Origin: Emiliania huxleyi CCMP1516
Taxonomy: Eukaryota
DNA length: 64,000 nucleotides
Assembly: GCF_000372725.1 (NCBI RefSeq)
Contig: NW_005202427.1
Coordinates: forward strand, 496,001-560,000
Reading direction: 5' to 3'
A program made the translations under genes and the position numbers. Under the pieces are notes generated by a model that saw only the letters and a program-made list of their open reading frames with translations, searched no databases and was not told where the DNA came from. Each line of letters opens with the position of its first letter. Within the stretch, counting starts at the first letter, position 1. Of the stretch, positions 19,593-34,200 are shown one piece after another.

Positions 19593-22500
19593 ATGTCTTC
19601 ACGTAAACGCACAACCTCTTCACATAAACGCACCTGTGTCTTCACAGCAAGTAGCGACCCACAAATGCTGATGCCACCGCGTGGTTTGCCCCAGCCGCAG
19701 TTCATGTTCTGCACCTTCACGAGCATCCTCGCCGCGGCGACCACGCGCCAGAGCGTCTCAAGCCCAACAGTCCGCTTCGGCGGCCATCCTCCTCCCGGAT
19801 CTTGCATGCAAGCCGGCGGCGGGTGGCGAGCGAACGACGGAGTCGCGGACACTTGTCGAGTCCCAACCAAGGATTCTGTCAAGACCGAGGCCCCGCCGGA
19901 TGCGGCGTCCGCCCCTCTCACGACCCTTGAGGCGTCCATCGGCCTCCTTGCCCCGCTCGGCCCGCCAACGACCAAGCCGGCGGGCGGCGGGCGAGCGGCA
20001 GCGCCCCGGCACCTCCTCTTCCTCCAGAGCGACTGGGCCGTCGATGCGCGTCTGAAGGCCGCGCTGGGGGAGTTTGCGTGTCCTGCAGAGCTCCGCTCCA
20101 CCCGGATCTCCGACTCGAACGCGGTCGAGTCCGATCGCTTCTCCGTCTCAAGCGGCTACGCCGACCGGCAGCGCGCCTGCGCCTCCTTTGCCCGCGCCAA
20201 CTCCTCGCTGCTCGAGGACGAGCTGAATCGGGCGGATCAGGTATTGGCGACCCGCACTGCACTCCCCACGCCGCTGCATGGGCTGCCAAACACCGTCACC
20301 CCTCTGGCTATGCCCACCCGCGCGCTGCCCTGTCTGCCCACCCGCGCGCCGCCCTGTCTGCCTGTTTGCCCTGTCTGCCCTGCATGAACACTCGCTCCTT
20401 TGGCCGCTCCAGGTGCGCACCCGCCACCCCGCCACGGCGGGAGGTCACCTTGCGCTCGAGTCCGAGGAGCCACCAGGCTGCTTGGCCGCCTCTGGCAAGG
20501 CCCAGGCGTCGCTGCCCATCCCGGCCCAGTCTGGGTACACTCTCATCGCGGGCGCCGTCCGGATCGAACCGGACTCCGCCAGCCCTTCTCTTTTCTCTGG
20601 TCTCACGGTCGCTGCCGGGCAGCTGGTCGAGACGAGCCTCGTGCGGGCAGGAGCCTTTGTGCTACTCAGCAAATTCACTTCGCTCAAACCAGCCGCCGTG
20701 GCCACCGCCGCGCTGTGCTTCGGGAGGGCGGCCGCGTCTCCCACGGATCCACAAGGCGAGGTGCTGCTGCAGCCGTGTGGCTGCGAGGAGGATGGCGTAT
20801 TGTTCTGTACTTTTGACGCCGGCTTTTGCGAGCCTTGTATCAACCATGCCAACCGAGCCTCCTGCTACGACGATGGTCTCCCTGACACTGGTGCCCATGA
20901 TTGCGCTAAGCGCTGCTTTGATCTGCCGCCCGCACCGCCACCAACGCCGCCGTCGCCGCCGTCGCCGCCTTCACCGCCTCCTTTACCGCCGCTGCCGCCG
21001 CTGCCGCCGCTCTCCCCCGGCTTCGATGTCGCCGCGGCGAGCGAGGACAAGCTCCGCTCCCTGATCACGGAGGCTGCTGCCAACATCTCAATCTACCTGC
21101 CGCCCGGTGCGCACTTCAAGCTGTTCAGCCAGATCAGCTGCACCTCCACCATCAAGGTGACCGTCGCCAGCAGCGGCGAGGGCTCGACGCTCGACGGCCA
21201 GGGAGAGACCAGGCTCTTTTACCTCTCGGGCGGCTGCAGCCTCACCCTGCGGGGGCTGAACCTCGTCAACGGGAGAGGGGCGGCTGGGTGCGCCTGGGTC
21301 GATGATGAGTGTAAGAAGGAGGGGGAGGAGTACGAGGAGTACGAGGGCGAGGAGTACGAGTACGAGTACGAGTACGAGGGGGAGGAGGAGGAGTACGAGG
21401 GGGAGGAGGAGGAGTACGAGGGGGAGGAGTACGGCGGCGTTGTGCACGCGAACAACGCAGGCGACATCGAGATCATCGACTCGACTATGACAGGGTGCTC
21501 GGCTGAGGTGCGCCGCGTAGCCTAGCAGCCCCGCCCATGGCAGCGGTGTGAGAGAGATCCGGATTCTGCAGTTTAGAGACGAGTCCCACCATCCGCTGCC
21601 CTCTGTCCTCGCAACCGCAGTCTGGCGGCGTCGTCTTCGCGTATGAGAGCGGTGCGGTCTCGATCATCGGCTCGACCGTGACGAGCTGCTCTGCTAATGA
21701 GGTGCGCCGCGTAGAGCTAGCCGCCACCCCTGCAGCGCCGCACGGCAGCGGGGCGAGATATAGAGAGGGCCACGGCTGCCTCACCCCGGTCTCTCCTCGC
21801 AACCGCAGTACGGCGGCGTCGTCTACGCGGGTGGCAGCGGTGCGGTCTCGATAAGCGGCTCGACCGTGTCGGGCTGCTCTGCTGGCTATGTGCGCCGCGT
21901 AGAGCTAGCCGCCTCCAGCAGCGGCGCACGGCAGCGGGGCGAGATATAGAGAGGGCCACGGCTGCCTCACCCCGCTCTCTCCTCGCAACCGCAGAACGGC
22001 GGCGTCGTCTTGGCGGTTGAGAGCGGTGCGGTCTCGATAAACGGCTCCACCATGACGAGCTGCTCTGCTGAAGATGTGCGCAGCGTAGAGCTAGCCACAC
22101 CCCTGCAGCGCCGCACGGCAGCGGGGCGAGATATGGAGAGGGCCACGGCTGCCTCACCCCGCTCTCTCCTCGCAACCGCAGGACGGCGGCGTCGTCTACG
22201 CGGGTGGCAGCGGTGCGGTCTCGATAATCGGCTCGACCGTGTCGGGCTGCTCTGCTGGCTATGTGCGCCGCGTAGAGCTAGCCACACCCCTGCAGCGCCG
22301 CACGGCAGCGGGGCGAGAGATAGAGATGGCCACGGCTGCCTCACCCCGGTCTCTCCTCGCAACCGCAGGAGGAGGGCGGCGTCGTCGCCGCGGAGGACAG
22401 CGGTGCGGTCTCGATAATCGGCTCCACCGTGTCGGGCTGCTCTGCTAGAGTGCGCCGCGTAGAGCTAGCCACACCCCTGCAGCGCCGCACGGCAGCGGGG

Positions 22501-25500
22501 CGAGAGATAGAGATGGCCACGGCTGCCTCACCCCGCTCCCTCCTCGCAACCGCAGTACGGTGGAGCTATAGCCACGTTTAATCGCGTCCTGATCGTGACC
22601 GACTCCACCGTCGCCGGCTGCAATGCCACGCGAGGCGGAGCCGTGTACGTGGGGTCGGGCTCAGCCAGCCTAGCCCGCTCCGCCATCTCCAACTGCATCG
22701 CCTCAGAGGCTGGCGGCGGCCTCTACTCGGCGGGCGGGCGCACCTCCCTGAGCGACGGCACCCTCATCAGCGGCTGCACCGCCCCGGAGGGTCAGGGGAG
22801 CTCCATCTTCCTGCTCGCTGGCGAGGTCTCCTACGCCCTCCCCGCCCCCGCCGGCCGCTGGCTGCCAAACGCGCGCTGCGAGGTGTACCGGGAGGCGTGC
22901 TCATACGATCCGTACCCGTACACCGAGAGGGCTAAGCAAGCAGCTTGCCTTGAGCACCGCGACGATTGCGCGGGCAGGCAAGACCCGACCCCACCCGAGT
23001 GGTATTGCCAGGCCCCAACCTTCGTGCAGCCGTGCAACTGGAACAACGAGACCGGCGACCACTCCCTCCTTGGCGAGAACCTCTACCAGCTGCCGCTTCT
23101 CCCCGTCGAGCTGGACTTTCCCTTCGCCTGCGCCGCCGGCCTCCTCGGATCGGCCGACCCCGAGTACCAGTCGAGCAGCAGCTGCGCCGGCCGCTGCCCC
23201 GCACGCTCCCAATGCCCCACAGAGGCGACCTATGAGCCCCCGCCCTGCGATACTGGCCACTACTGCCCGGAGGGGACGAGCGTGCCCCTTCCCTGCCCCG
23301 CCGGGTCGTACTCGACCGCCACCAACCTCTCCGACGCGAGCGAGTGCACGGCCTGCCCCGCCGGCAGCGCCTGCTCAACGGGCAGCGTCGATCCGACGCC
23401 GTGCTCGCCTGGCACCTTCGCCGCGAAAGAGGGCCAGCCTAACTGCACGCCGTGCCCTCCCGGCACGTCGTCGGATCAAGGCAGCGACGCGTGCGACGCG
23501 TGCGAGGCTGGCCGCTACGCCGCCAACGCTGGCCAGGGCCTGTGCGTCCCGTGTCCTCACCCCCTCAGCTCGGTCAGTGGCAGCGTCACCTGCTCGTTTT
23601 GCATGGACGGCTACTACTTGCGTAACACCTCGGCCGACGCGGACGACATCTTCACCTCTCCGACCGAGTACTGCAAGCCTTGCGCGCCAAACGCTGTCTG
23701 CCCGGACAACACTACCCTTTCATCCCTCGTCCTCCCGCGCGGCTTCTGGCGCGCCAGCCCCTCCTCCGCCGTGCTGACAGAGTGCCGCCTCTTTGGCGGC
23801 AATGACAACGCCGGCAAGACGCGATGCGCCGGCAGCGAGTCGAGAGGCGCCTCTCGCCGCCGGAGGATGGCGGAGGCGGGCTCGGAGTACTGCGCTTCGG
23901 ACTTCAAAGGCCCCGAGTGCCAGCTCTGCGCCGCGGAGAATCACTACCTCGTCGACGGCGACGAGTGCAAAGAGTGCGCAGCGCGCGGCGCCGCTGCGGG
24001 TCGCATCATCGGCCTCGTCCTCGGCCTCTGCGTCGCGTGCGGCTTGGCGGCGTGGGCCTACCACATGCCGCGGCGGAAGGAGCCCTACATCGGCTGTATC
24101 CTCCGCTTTGCAGACCGCGTCGTCAAGTACTACGTCGTGGGCGGAATGACAGCCAAGGTCAAGATCCTGTTTGGCTTCTACCAGATCAGCACCGTCTTGT
24201 CCTCCACCTACTCGGCGCGGTTGCCGCGAGAGTACACGCGCTGGACGGACAAGCTGGCCAGCGCCGTCTCCATCGACTGGTCAGGCCTTCTCCTGCCGGA
24301 GCAGTGCCTTGGCTACGGCCTGAGGCTCCTCGTCATTGCTCTCTCCCCCGTCGCCCTCATCGCGCTGCTAATGGCAGCGGGAATAAGTCAGCGGCTCCTG
24401 CACCGCTGGCGTGCTGCCCCGGCGCCGCGCGAGAGATCGTGGTACGCGGAGGCGGCCCTCGGCCTCCTGGACCTCACGCCGGCCGGCCTCGTGCTAGTCT
24501 TCTGCTTCGTGCCCTCCATCAGCGCCTCCATCTTCCGCGCGTGGTCGTGTCAGGCGCCTCCAGCTGATGACTGCCATTGCTCACAACCCCACCTCTCAGT
24601 CCTCGCAATGTTCTGCTGATAGGCCTACACCGTCTCCCCGCCCGACGAGTCGCCGCGGCAGGTCTCCTACATGCGGCAGGACGCGAGCGTCGAGTGTGGC
24701 ACCGGCGAGCACGAGTCCATCACCGATCTCGCCACCGGCTTCATCGTCCTCTGGCCCGCCGGCTCGCTGGTCCTCTTCACGTCGCTCCTCGCCGCTTGCT
24801 ACAAGCCGCTGCAGGCCAAGACGCCGAATGCTCTGACGCGGGCCACCGCCTTCCTCCACCGGGAGTACGAGAAGACCTGGTACTGGTGGGAGGCGGTCGA
24901 GCTGGCGCGCAAGCTCGTGCTCACGGGCTTTGTGCTGCTGATAACGGAGGAGCGCGCCTTTGTTCGCCTTGTGGTGGCGACCCTCATCTGCTCCTGCTAC
25001 GCCGTCGCACTCGCCGTCGTGCGGCCGTACAAGCGGGTCGAGGACAACGTGCTCGCCGTCGCCACCAGTCTCGTGCTCCTCCTTCTCTTCCTCGGCACCA
25101 ACTGGAGCACCATCTTCCTCGGCATCAAAGAACGCTCCGGGGTCGATGATGCCAACGCAGTCCTTGGCTTCCGCAGCCTCAATGGGGTAGTCAACTCGAT
25201 GATCGTCCTCGTCGCAGTCGTGCTCGCCTTCTTCCTCGTGGGCGCCATCGTTGCCGCCCGCCGCGTCGCCAAGATCCCCACGATCCGACTCGTCTCGACC
25301 AAGCAGCCCCCAGAGCTGAACATCGTGCTCGGCCTCACGTGGCACCTCTTCAACAGCCACATCTGGTGAGTCACAGCTATGGAGGGAGAAGAGGAACAGG
25401 AACGCTATAGAGTCACCACACACCTCCGAATAGGTCGACCGGTCAGGACGCCGTCGCCGTCATCAAGGGTGAGCTCCAGCAGCTGCTGCCGGGCATCAAG

Positions 25501-26859
25501 ATCTTCCTCGACGCACGCAGATGCTCAGCACCGCGTCGGAGCTACACACACACATCCACTCTGACGCACCGCGGTGTGCGCGCAGGTAGATGATCTCAAA
25601 GACATTGGGGCGCTGGAGGAGTACATCCAGCGCTCGCAAGTCATCCTCTTCTTCCTCTCGAAGGGCTACTTCCGCTCCAAGGCGCGCCTGTCCCTCCCAC
25701 CCCGACTCCAGACCGCACTCTGGCCTTACCTCCCGCCTCTCCCGCGCCACAGAACTGCCTCCGCGAGATCCGCTCGTCGCTCGAGAAGGACAAGCCGCTG
25801 GTCCTCGTCCAAGAAGCGGACCCTGACAAGGGCGGCGGGACGCTGCAGGCGCTGCGCGCAGAGTGCCCCGAGGAGCTGCAGCCGGCCATCTTTGACAACG
25901 ACTGGCCGCTCACGATCTGGTATCGCATCGATGAGTTTCAGCTCATCTCGCTCAAGATCATCGCCGAGGCGCCGCCGGCCACAGCCAGCCGCTACGCAGT
26001 CCTCTCTGTCTCCCGACCGACCCCACTTGAACCACAGGCGCTGCTCCTCTGCTCGCCCAACTATCTGAACCAGACCTCCCTCCCGCTCTGCGTGTCGGGC
26101 GAGCCCGAGAGCCAGTCGCTCGCCTTTTCCAAACGGGTCACGGTCTGGGCCTCGCCGGCCAACGCGGGCGCACTGGACTTGGCCAACGAGATCGCCGCCG
26201 CCTTCACCGGCCTCACGATCTCCACCACCGACGATCGGCCGGCCACCGCGACCCACATGCTGCTCTACCTCAACGAGGACAGCTTCGTCAGCGACGAGCG
26301 GCTGGCCGAGCAGGTCAAGCAGGCGCGCCAGGACAGGCTGAAGATCGTCACGGCGCACGAGAACGACCCCGCGCTCGGCGGCTGCCAGTTCTCCAAGTTT
26401 TTTGAAACCACGCCGCAGGAGCGATAGTCTCGGCTTTCCCGAGCCTCCCCCCCCCCCCACACACACACACAACCCTCTCCTTCCAACGCCGCAGGAGCTC
26501 ATCGCCGGCGGACTCTACAAGGACCTGGCAAAGTCGTGCTTCCCCGGGCGCCACCGCAAGGCGCGCTCTGTTTCCCACAGCTCGCTTTGCACGCATCGAG
26601 CCTCGCGACGAAGGCCTCTCCCTCTCCTCAGGTGTCGCTCGTGCTTCTGGCAAAGAGCCTCGGCGCGACCGCCGCTCGGTCGCGGGCGGACCTCCTCGTT
26701 TCGGGCAGCATCGCCGAGGGCAGCACCAGCCTCGCGAGGCGCGGCTTTGACGGCCTCAGCCGGGTGTTCGCCAAGATGAGCAGCCGCAGCTCTGCGGAGG
26801 CGCGCGACGTCTCTGGAGGCGAGGCGTCGTCATCGGCGTCGGTGCAGCAACAGGTATGA
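19593..26859 (+). CDS. Large receptor-like protein: Pro-rich stalk, GGxV beta-helix (polymorphic-membrane-protein-like) repeats, Cys-rich EGF/ephrin-receptor-like repeats, multi-TM region, cytoplasmic TIR domain and a second TIR-like region; about 15 exons
   Basis: Exons read in frame: 19593-20240, 20413-21507, 21621-21701, 21809-21889, 21995-22075, 22182-22262, 22369-22449, 22556-24553, 24623-25365, 25434-25512, 25586-25681, 25753-25968, 26038-26418, 26495-26560, 26632-26859. TIR: HLFNSHIW|STGQD...IFLD|VDDL...ILFFLSKGYFRSK|NCLREI. TM region: KILFGFYQI, FLHREY...WWEAVELARKL. The start codon is uncertain. Confidence 0.85.
21508..22555 (+). repeat. Tandem array of ~187 bp intron+exon units (6 introns, 5 exons of 81 bp)
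   Basis: Each intron begins GTGCGC(C/A)GCGTAG and ends CCTCGCAACCGCAG. Each exon encodes xGGVVxAxxSGAVSIxGSTxxxCSAxx. Confidence 0.95.
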
Positions 26860-27348
26860 TCGATTTGGATGATCCCGCGTAGTACGAGCGCGGTCAATAT
26901 ACCACACATAACTCTCATAACACATAAGTGAGACGCAGACGGTTTTGATGTGTGTAGAGCCGTATCCATGTATATGATGAGCGAAGGAGTCAAACGAGTC
27001 GGCGGTCACATGCAAACGATATTGGATATACAACAGGGGTCCCATGCCCCCACGGTGTACAAAACACACATGCAAGATGCCACTCGCTTGCTTTTTTTTC
27101 GCTCCAGTCCTGCGGATCTTCTAGTAGACCGGAGGGCTACGAAGCCGTTCACACTCCAAGGGGCTGGCAAGATGCATCTCAGGGCCCGCGCGCGTACACA
27201 CAACACAGGGCTGATTTTTGTGTGTGTTGTCTGTTGACATTTATGAGGAAGTTCCACCATTTTTGTACGGAATTACGGCGATTGTGGAGGGAAGCGCGGA
27301 GCGGCGGCTCATATCGGGGGAGGGGCGTAGTACGCGCATGAGATCCGT

Positions 27349-29830
<2,482 letters not shown>

Positions 29831-29977
29831 GCCAGACGAGAAGCCGCGACGACCCGGCAGCACGTGTGCTCGTTCTTCTCCTTCGAGCGAGCGAGGGCGG
29901 CCAAAGAAAACTCCATAGTTAAAATTCTTTTTCCCCACGCGGCAGCTCGGATTAGCCATCGACATAGCCATCTGGTG

Positions 29978-30452
29978 ATGCGTTTCGTCGTCACTCTCTC
30001 CCTCGCCACGCTGGCCAGCGCCTTCACGCTGTCTCCCGCTCTGCCGCGCTCCTGCGCCTCCGCGCGGCCGCTCGGCGCGCCTCCGGCCGCTGCACTCCAG
30101 CCTTCGCGCAGCCCGGCGCCGGCGATGGGCCTCTTTGGTCTGGGGTGGCCCGAGCTGGGAGTGATAGGGGTCGCCGGGCTCTTCCTCTTCGGGCCTGAGC
30201 GCCTAGCCGGGCTCGCAAAGGATCTCGGCAAGCAGTCCGCAGGTCTCAAGGAGGTTGCCGAGTCGTTCCAGGAAGGGTGCGCGTATAGCGGCCCGCCAAG
30301 GGGGAGGTGGGGTAGCGCCCGTGCTCACGCTTCACCGCCACCGGCACAGGATGGCGGAGGCGGAGGCGATGCCCAACCTCAAGTCGGCGGAAGCGGACGA
30401 CCCTCCTCGACTTGAGAAGGTGGCAGAGGAGGAGAAGCAGGACGCGAGATGA
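29978..30452 (+). CDS. tatA: Plastid twin-arginine translocase TatA/Tha4 with bipartite targeting leader; intron 30277-30349
   Basis: Signal peptide ending ASA-F, then MGLFGLGWPELGVIGVAGLFLFGPERL...LGK...LKE...FQEG|MAEAE. Confidence 0.9.
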
Positions 30453-30860
30453 AGGGCGTGGCAGCGTCCCGGCCGTCCGTCATACTTTTGCGGGCCAGTG
30501 TGATCGTGTGGCCTCGACGGCCCAGAGCTAGCATGGCATGCCGCCAGAAGGGGTAGAGAAGCGCGCTGGCAGTCTTGTGTGGGCTGTGGCCTGCGCGCGC
30601 CCAAGCGCGGCTAGTGGAGGCTGGAGCGTGAGCTGTCTCAGTCTAAGACAAGTCTCAGTCTAAGAAGGTTGTCGTGGCCGCCACACGCCACAACAGTCAA
30701 CTGACAACTCGACGTTGTGGTGTATAATACCTCGCGTGAGCCCGTGGTGAAGTCTGAAAAGACGCTCTGACGGCGCTAGTGATATATAGTCCCACGGTCC
30801 CCCGTCGCGCGTCGCCGTCGAATGGACGACCCCCGGCTACGGCTCTAGTCGCCGACCACG

Positions 30861-31090
30861 CACCCACAAAGAACCCCCTGCACAAAGATCGCACGGGCGG
30901 GGCGGACCTGTTCCTTTTTCCCAATCTCACAGTAGAGGTGTCCGTTTTATTTATTTATTTGAGCCCACGTGACGTGCGTGCAACACCCACAAAGAACCTT
31001 GCACAAAGACGACCGGGACCGCAGGGCGGGGACCTGTTCCTTTTTACCCATCTCCTAGTAGAGGTGCCCGTTTTATTTCTTTATTTATTT
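30861..31090 (+). repeat. Two tandem ~100 bp copies ending in (TTTA)n
   Basis: CACCCACAAAGAACC...GGACCTGTTCCTTTTT...AGTAGAGGTG.CCGTTTTATTT at 30861-30960 and 30984-31090. Confidence 0.8.
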
Positions 31091-31205
31091 GCGTGCGCGA
31101 CCGGGCGACCGCGAGCGCGGCCGCGCTCTCACGAGCCACAAAGCTCCCTCCCAATCCACAGTACACCGGGGGTAGACCGTCGGTCTCTCAACGACAGACT
31201 GGGTC

Positions 31206-34200
31206 TCACTCAATCTCAAACATCGCAGGGCGGGGCGGCGACGGCGACGCGGCCGGCAGAAGCCACCGCACGCCGGGGTGAGCTTTGGCGTGCTCGACCC
31301 ACTCCGCCGGACTCTTCCCCACCGCGGGGCACTCCCTCGCGTGGGCTCCCATTAGCGCGCGTGGCAATCGCAGCGAGCAGCCGTACCTGCAGAGCTCTCC
31401 GGCGCTCGGGCAGACGGAAACGTGGCGCGAGAGCGCCTCCCGCTTGACGAGCAGACCGCACGCGTCGCAAGGCAGCTGCTTCATCGGGCAGACCTCTTCG
31501 TGCGCGCCCGACGCGACCTCACCCGCCGTCGTTGGCAACCCGCACCCGCGCTCGCACTGCACGGGCCTCCTCTCGCAGATTGCGTGATGCTCCTTGTGCT
31601 TGGCGATGACAAGCACCTCGCCGCAGCCGTGCTTGCAGGGCCGGAGCCTCTGCGGACAGGTCGTGGCGTGCGATGCCGCCCGGTCGCGGCTCGCGAAGAA
31701 GGTGCAGCCCGCGTTGCAGCAGCCGACGTGGTAGCGCTTGCAGACACTCGCGTGGCGCGAGAGCAAGCCTGTGTCCGTCCACGGCAAATGGGCGCCGTCG
31801 GGATCGGCAGCGAGAGCGGCGCCGGCGTCGAAACAAGCGAGCGCGAGATCGGCCGCCTGAGGAGGACCGCTAGTCGTGAATCGCTAGTTGTCGCGGAACC
31901 TCTCGGTTAGCAAGCCGCGGGCCCAGAGCAGCAGCAAGCGCGTGCGGCGGCCGCCGTAATCGAGGCTGATCTGCTCGCTCGTCGCAGCCGGCGGCGGCAA
32001 GCTAAACGCAGACGGGCAAAGCTCGTGGCACTCGCGCAGCTGCGCCGCGTCGGCACCCACTGGGACGAGTATTCCTCGCACGTCTGAGCGCTGCCGGAGT
32101 AGGCTCCCCAAGAGCCGCAAGAGCGGCCGCACCTCTCGGTCGCCACCTCGCACAAAGCAGAGCGCGAGCAAGCGCGGCTCGCCCTGCAACACCGCTCCGA
32201 CGCGCACAGACTCCTCAGGAGCGGCGCCGGGCGTTGCGAGTAGCCCCTGCGAGCCTAGGAGCCGCTCGACGCGCCGCTGGGCCGCTGTCGCGTCAAACGC
32301 CGCCACCGGCCGGGGCGGCGCCTGCCCACACGGCTTGCACACCGCAGAGGGCCTCGCGGGCGTCTCCTCTCGGCCGGCTGCCTCGCCCGCCTCGCCCGCC
32401 TCGCGCTGCCGGAAGCGCAAATCCCTGACCGTGACCCTTTGGCCACACCTACAGGCACAGACACAACCCTCGGTGGAGGGGGCTCGCTCACGTCAGGCGC
32501 ACGAGGGAAGAAGCGGGAACCCATACGGGCATGGCTGGGTTCGGAGCGGGCACGACGCGTCGTGCGCCGACAGCAGCCCCATCGCCACGATGGCTCCACA
32601 CGCCCGGGGACACGCCACCCTCCGTTGTTGGCACGACGACTCGTGCTCTGCAAGCAGGTGGTGCGGAACCTCCTCGCGGCAGTGCGAGCAGCGCGCCACG
32701 CCGCAGGGGCAGCGGAGCCGGTGCAGCTCGCGCTGTGGAGCGGCGAGGGCGAGCACCGCTCGCGGCCGCCGCACGGGAATCTCCTCGCCATAGGTCTTGG
32801 ACCGGCCGTCGTGGTCCACCTCCTGCCGCGTCACGGTCGCAGCGCTCAACGAAGCGGCTCGAACGACCACCTCCCTGCCCTCGGCGTCGGTGAGCGCGCC
32901 ACACCTCGTGCACCGTGGAGCCGTGTACGTGGGGCAAAACGTGCAGTGCCTTTGGCGCTCGTTGCGCGCAACCAAAGCTCCGCAGCCGTGCTCGCAAGGG
33001 AGCGGCTGAAACATGCACACGTCCGCGAAGTGCCTGCTCAGCATCGATCGCGCCCCGCGCCAGCCGCAGCCGCCGCCGTCTCCGTCGCCAGCTCGGTGGG
33101 GGCATGGCACCTCCCTCTCGTCCCTCTCCACAAATCGCCATGCTGATAGGACGGCTCGCATCAAGCACTCGCGGCTGTGTGACTGCAAAAGCGCGCGGGG
33201 CACCGCCTCTCCACAGCGACGGCAGGTTTGTAGAGCCGCTGGACACTCGGAAGAACCCGCGTGCCGTGACATCAGGAAGCGCGGCTGGACGCCACCGCAG
33301 CGTTGGCACGCAATGGGCAGAGCGGCGCAGACCGTGTCATGAATCGCCTGACCTGGCCACTCCCCCCGCGTCACTGAGATGCCGCAGTTGCGCTGGCAGG
33401 TGGCGGGTGCATGCGGGCAGGTCTGGACGTGCGACGCGAGGTCCGCCCTGGGAAAGGTAGAGTCGCAGAAGCTGCAGACCGCGGTTGCCGCCGGGCACAT
33501 GTAATCGCGGTGGAACTCCAAGTCGCCGCGGGCAATCAACCTGCCGCATCCCAAGTTGCCGCACGGGAGCAACTTACGCGGGCAGTTGGCGTTGTGGGCC
33601 TTGCTCTCCCGCCGAAGCACCACGGCGCCGCAGTCCTCGCACTCGTAGTTGAAGTACGGGCAAGCGTCTTCGTGCGCCTTCAGGTCTGCGGCACTGGTGC
33701 TCGTGAACGTGCACCCGGCGTTGGGACAGCGCATGGCGCGCGGCTGATTCTCGGCGTAGCGCACAGCTCGGGCATCGCAAAAGACGCCCGTGTGGAAGCG
33801 GCACCCGCCGCGCGCGGCAGAGCGGCGCAAGTCTGACACGGCTACCACGTCAAAGCACTGCGTGCAGAGGATGTGCTGCGTGTCTCCGCAGGTCTGACAC
33901 TCTCGATCCCCCGGCACCTTGGCCGCACCGCACACTGGACACTCTTGATCGAGAGGCAGCTGGAGGCTGTGGCGGCCGCTGGTGCATCCAGTCGTCGCGT
34001 CGTGGGCCTGAGACAGCCCAGCTTGCGCCCGCGAGGCCCCTTGCGCCCGCCGCGCCTCCGCCTCGAGTCTGCGCTGATCGCGCCACAGGCTCGGGCTCAC
34101 GTTTCGGAAGCGGCTACCCTCCACGCCAGTCTCGCCACAGCACGACCAGATCAACCCGCCGAATTGCGTGCGTTGTAGCTCCCCTGGGTGGTGACTGCAC

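Noticed and set aside
21508..22555. CRISPR-like repeat/spacer appearance
   Set aside because: The repeats are ~106 bp GT-AG introns and the spacers are homologous coding exons; there are no cas genes and the context is eukaryotic.
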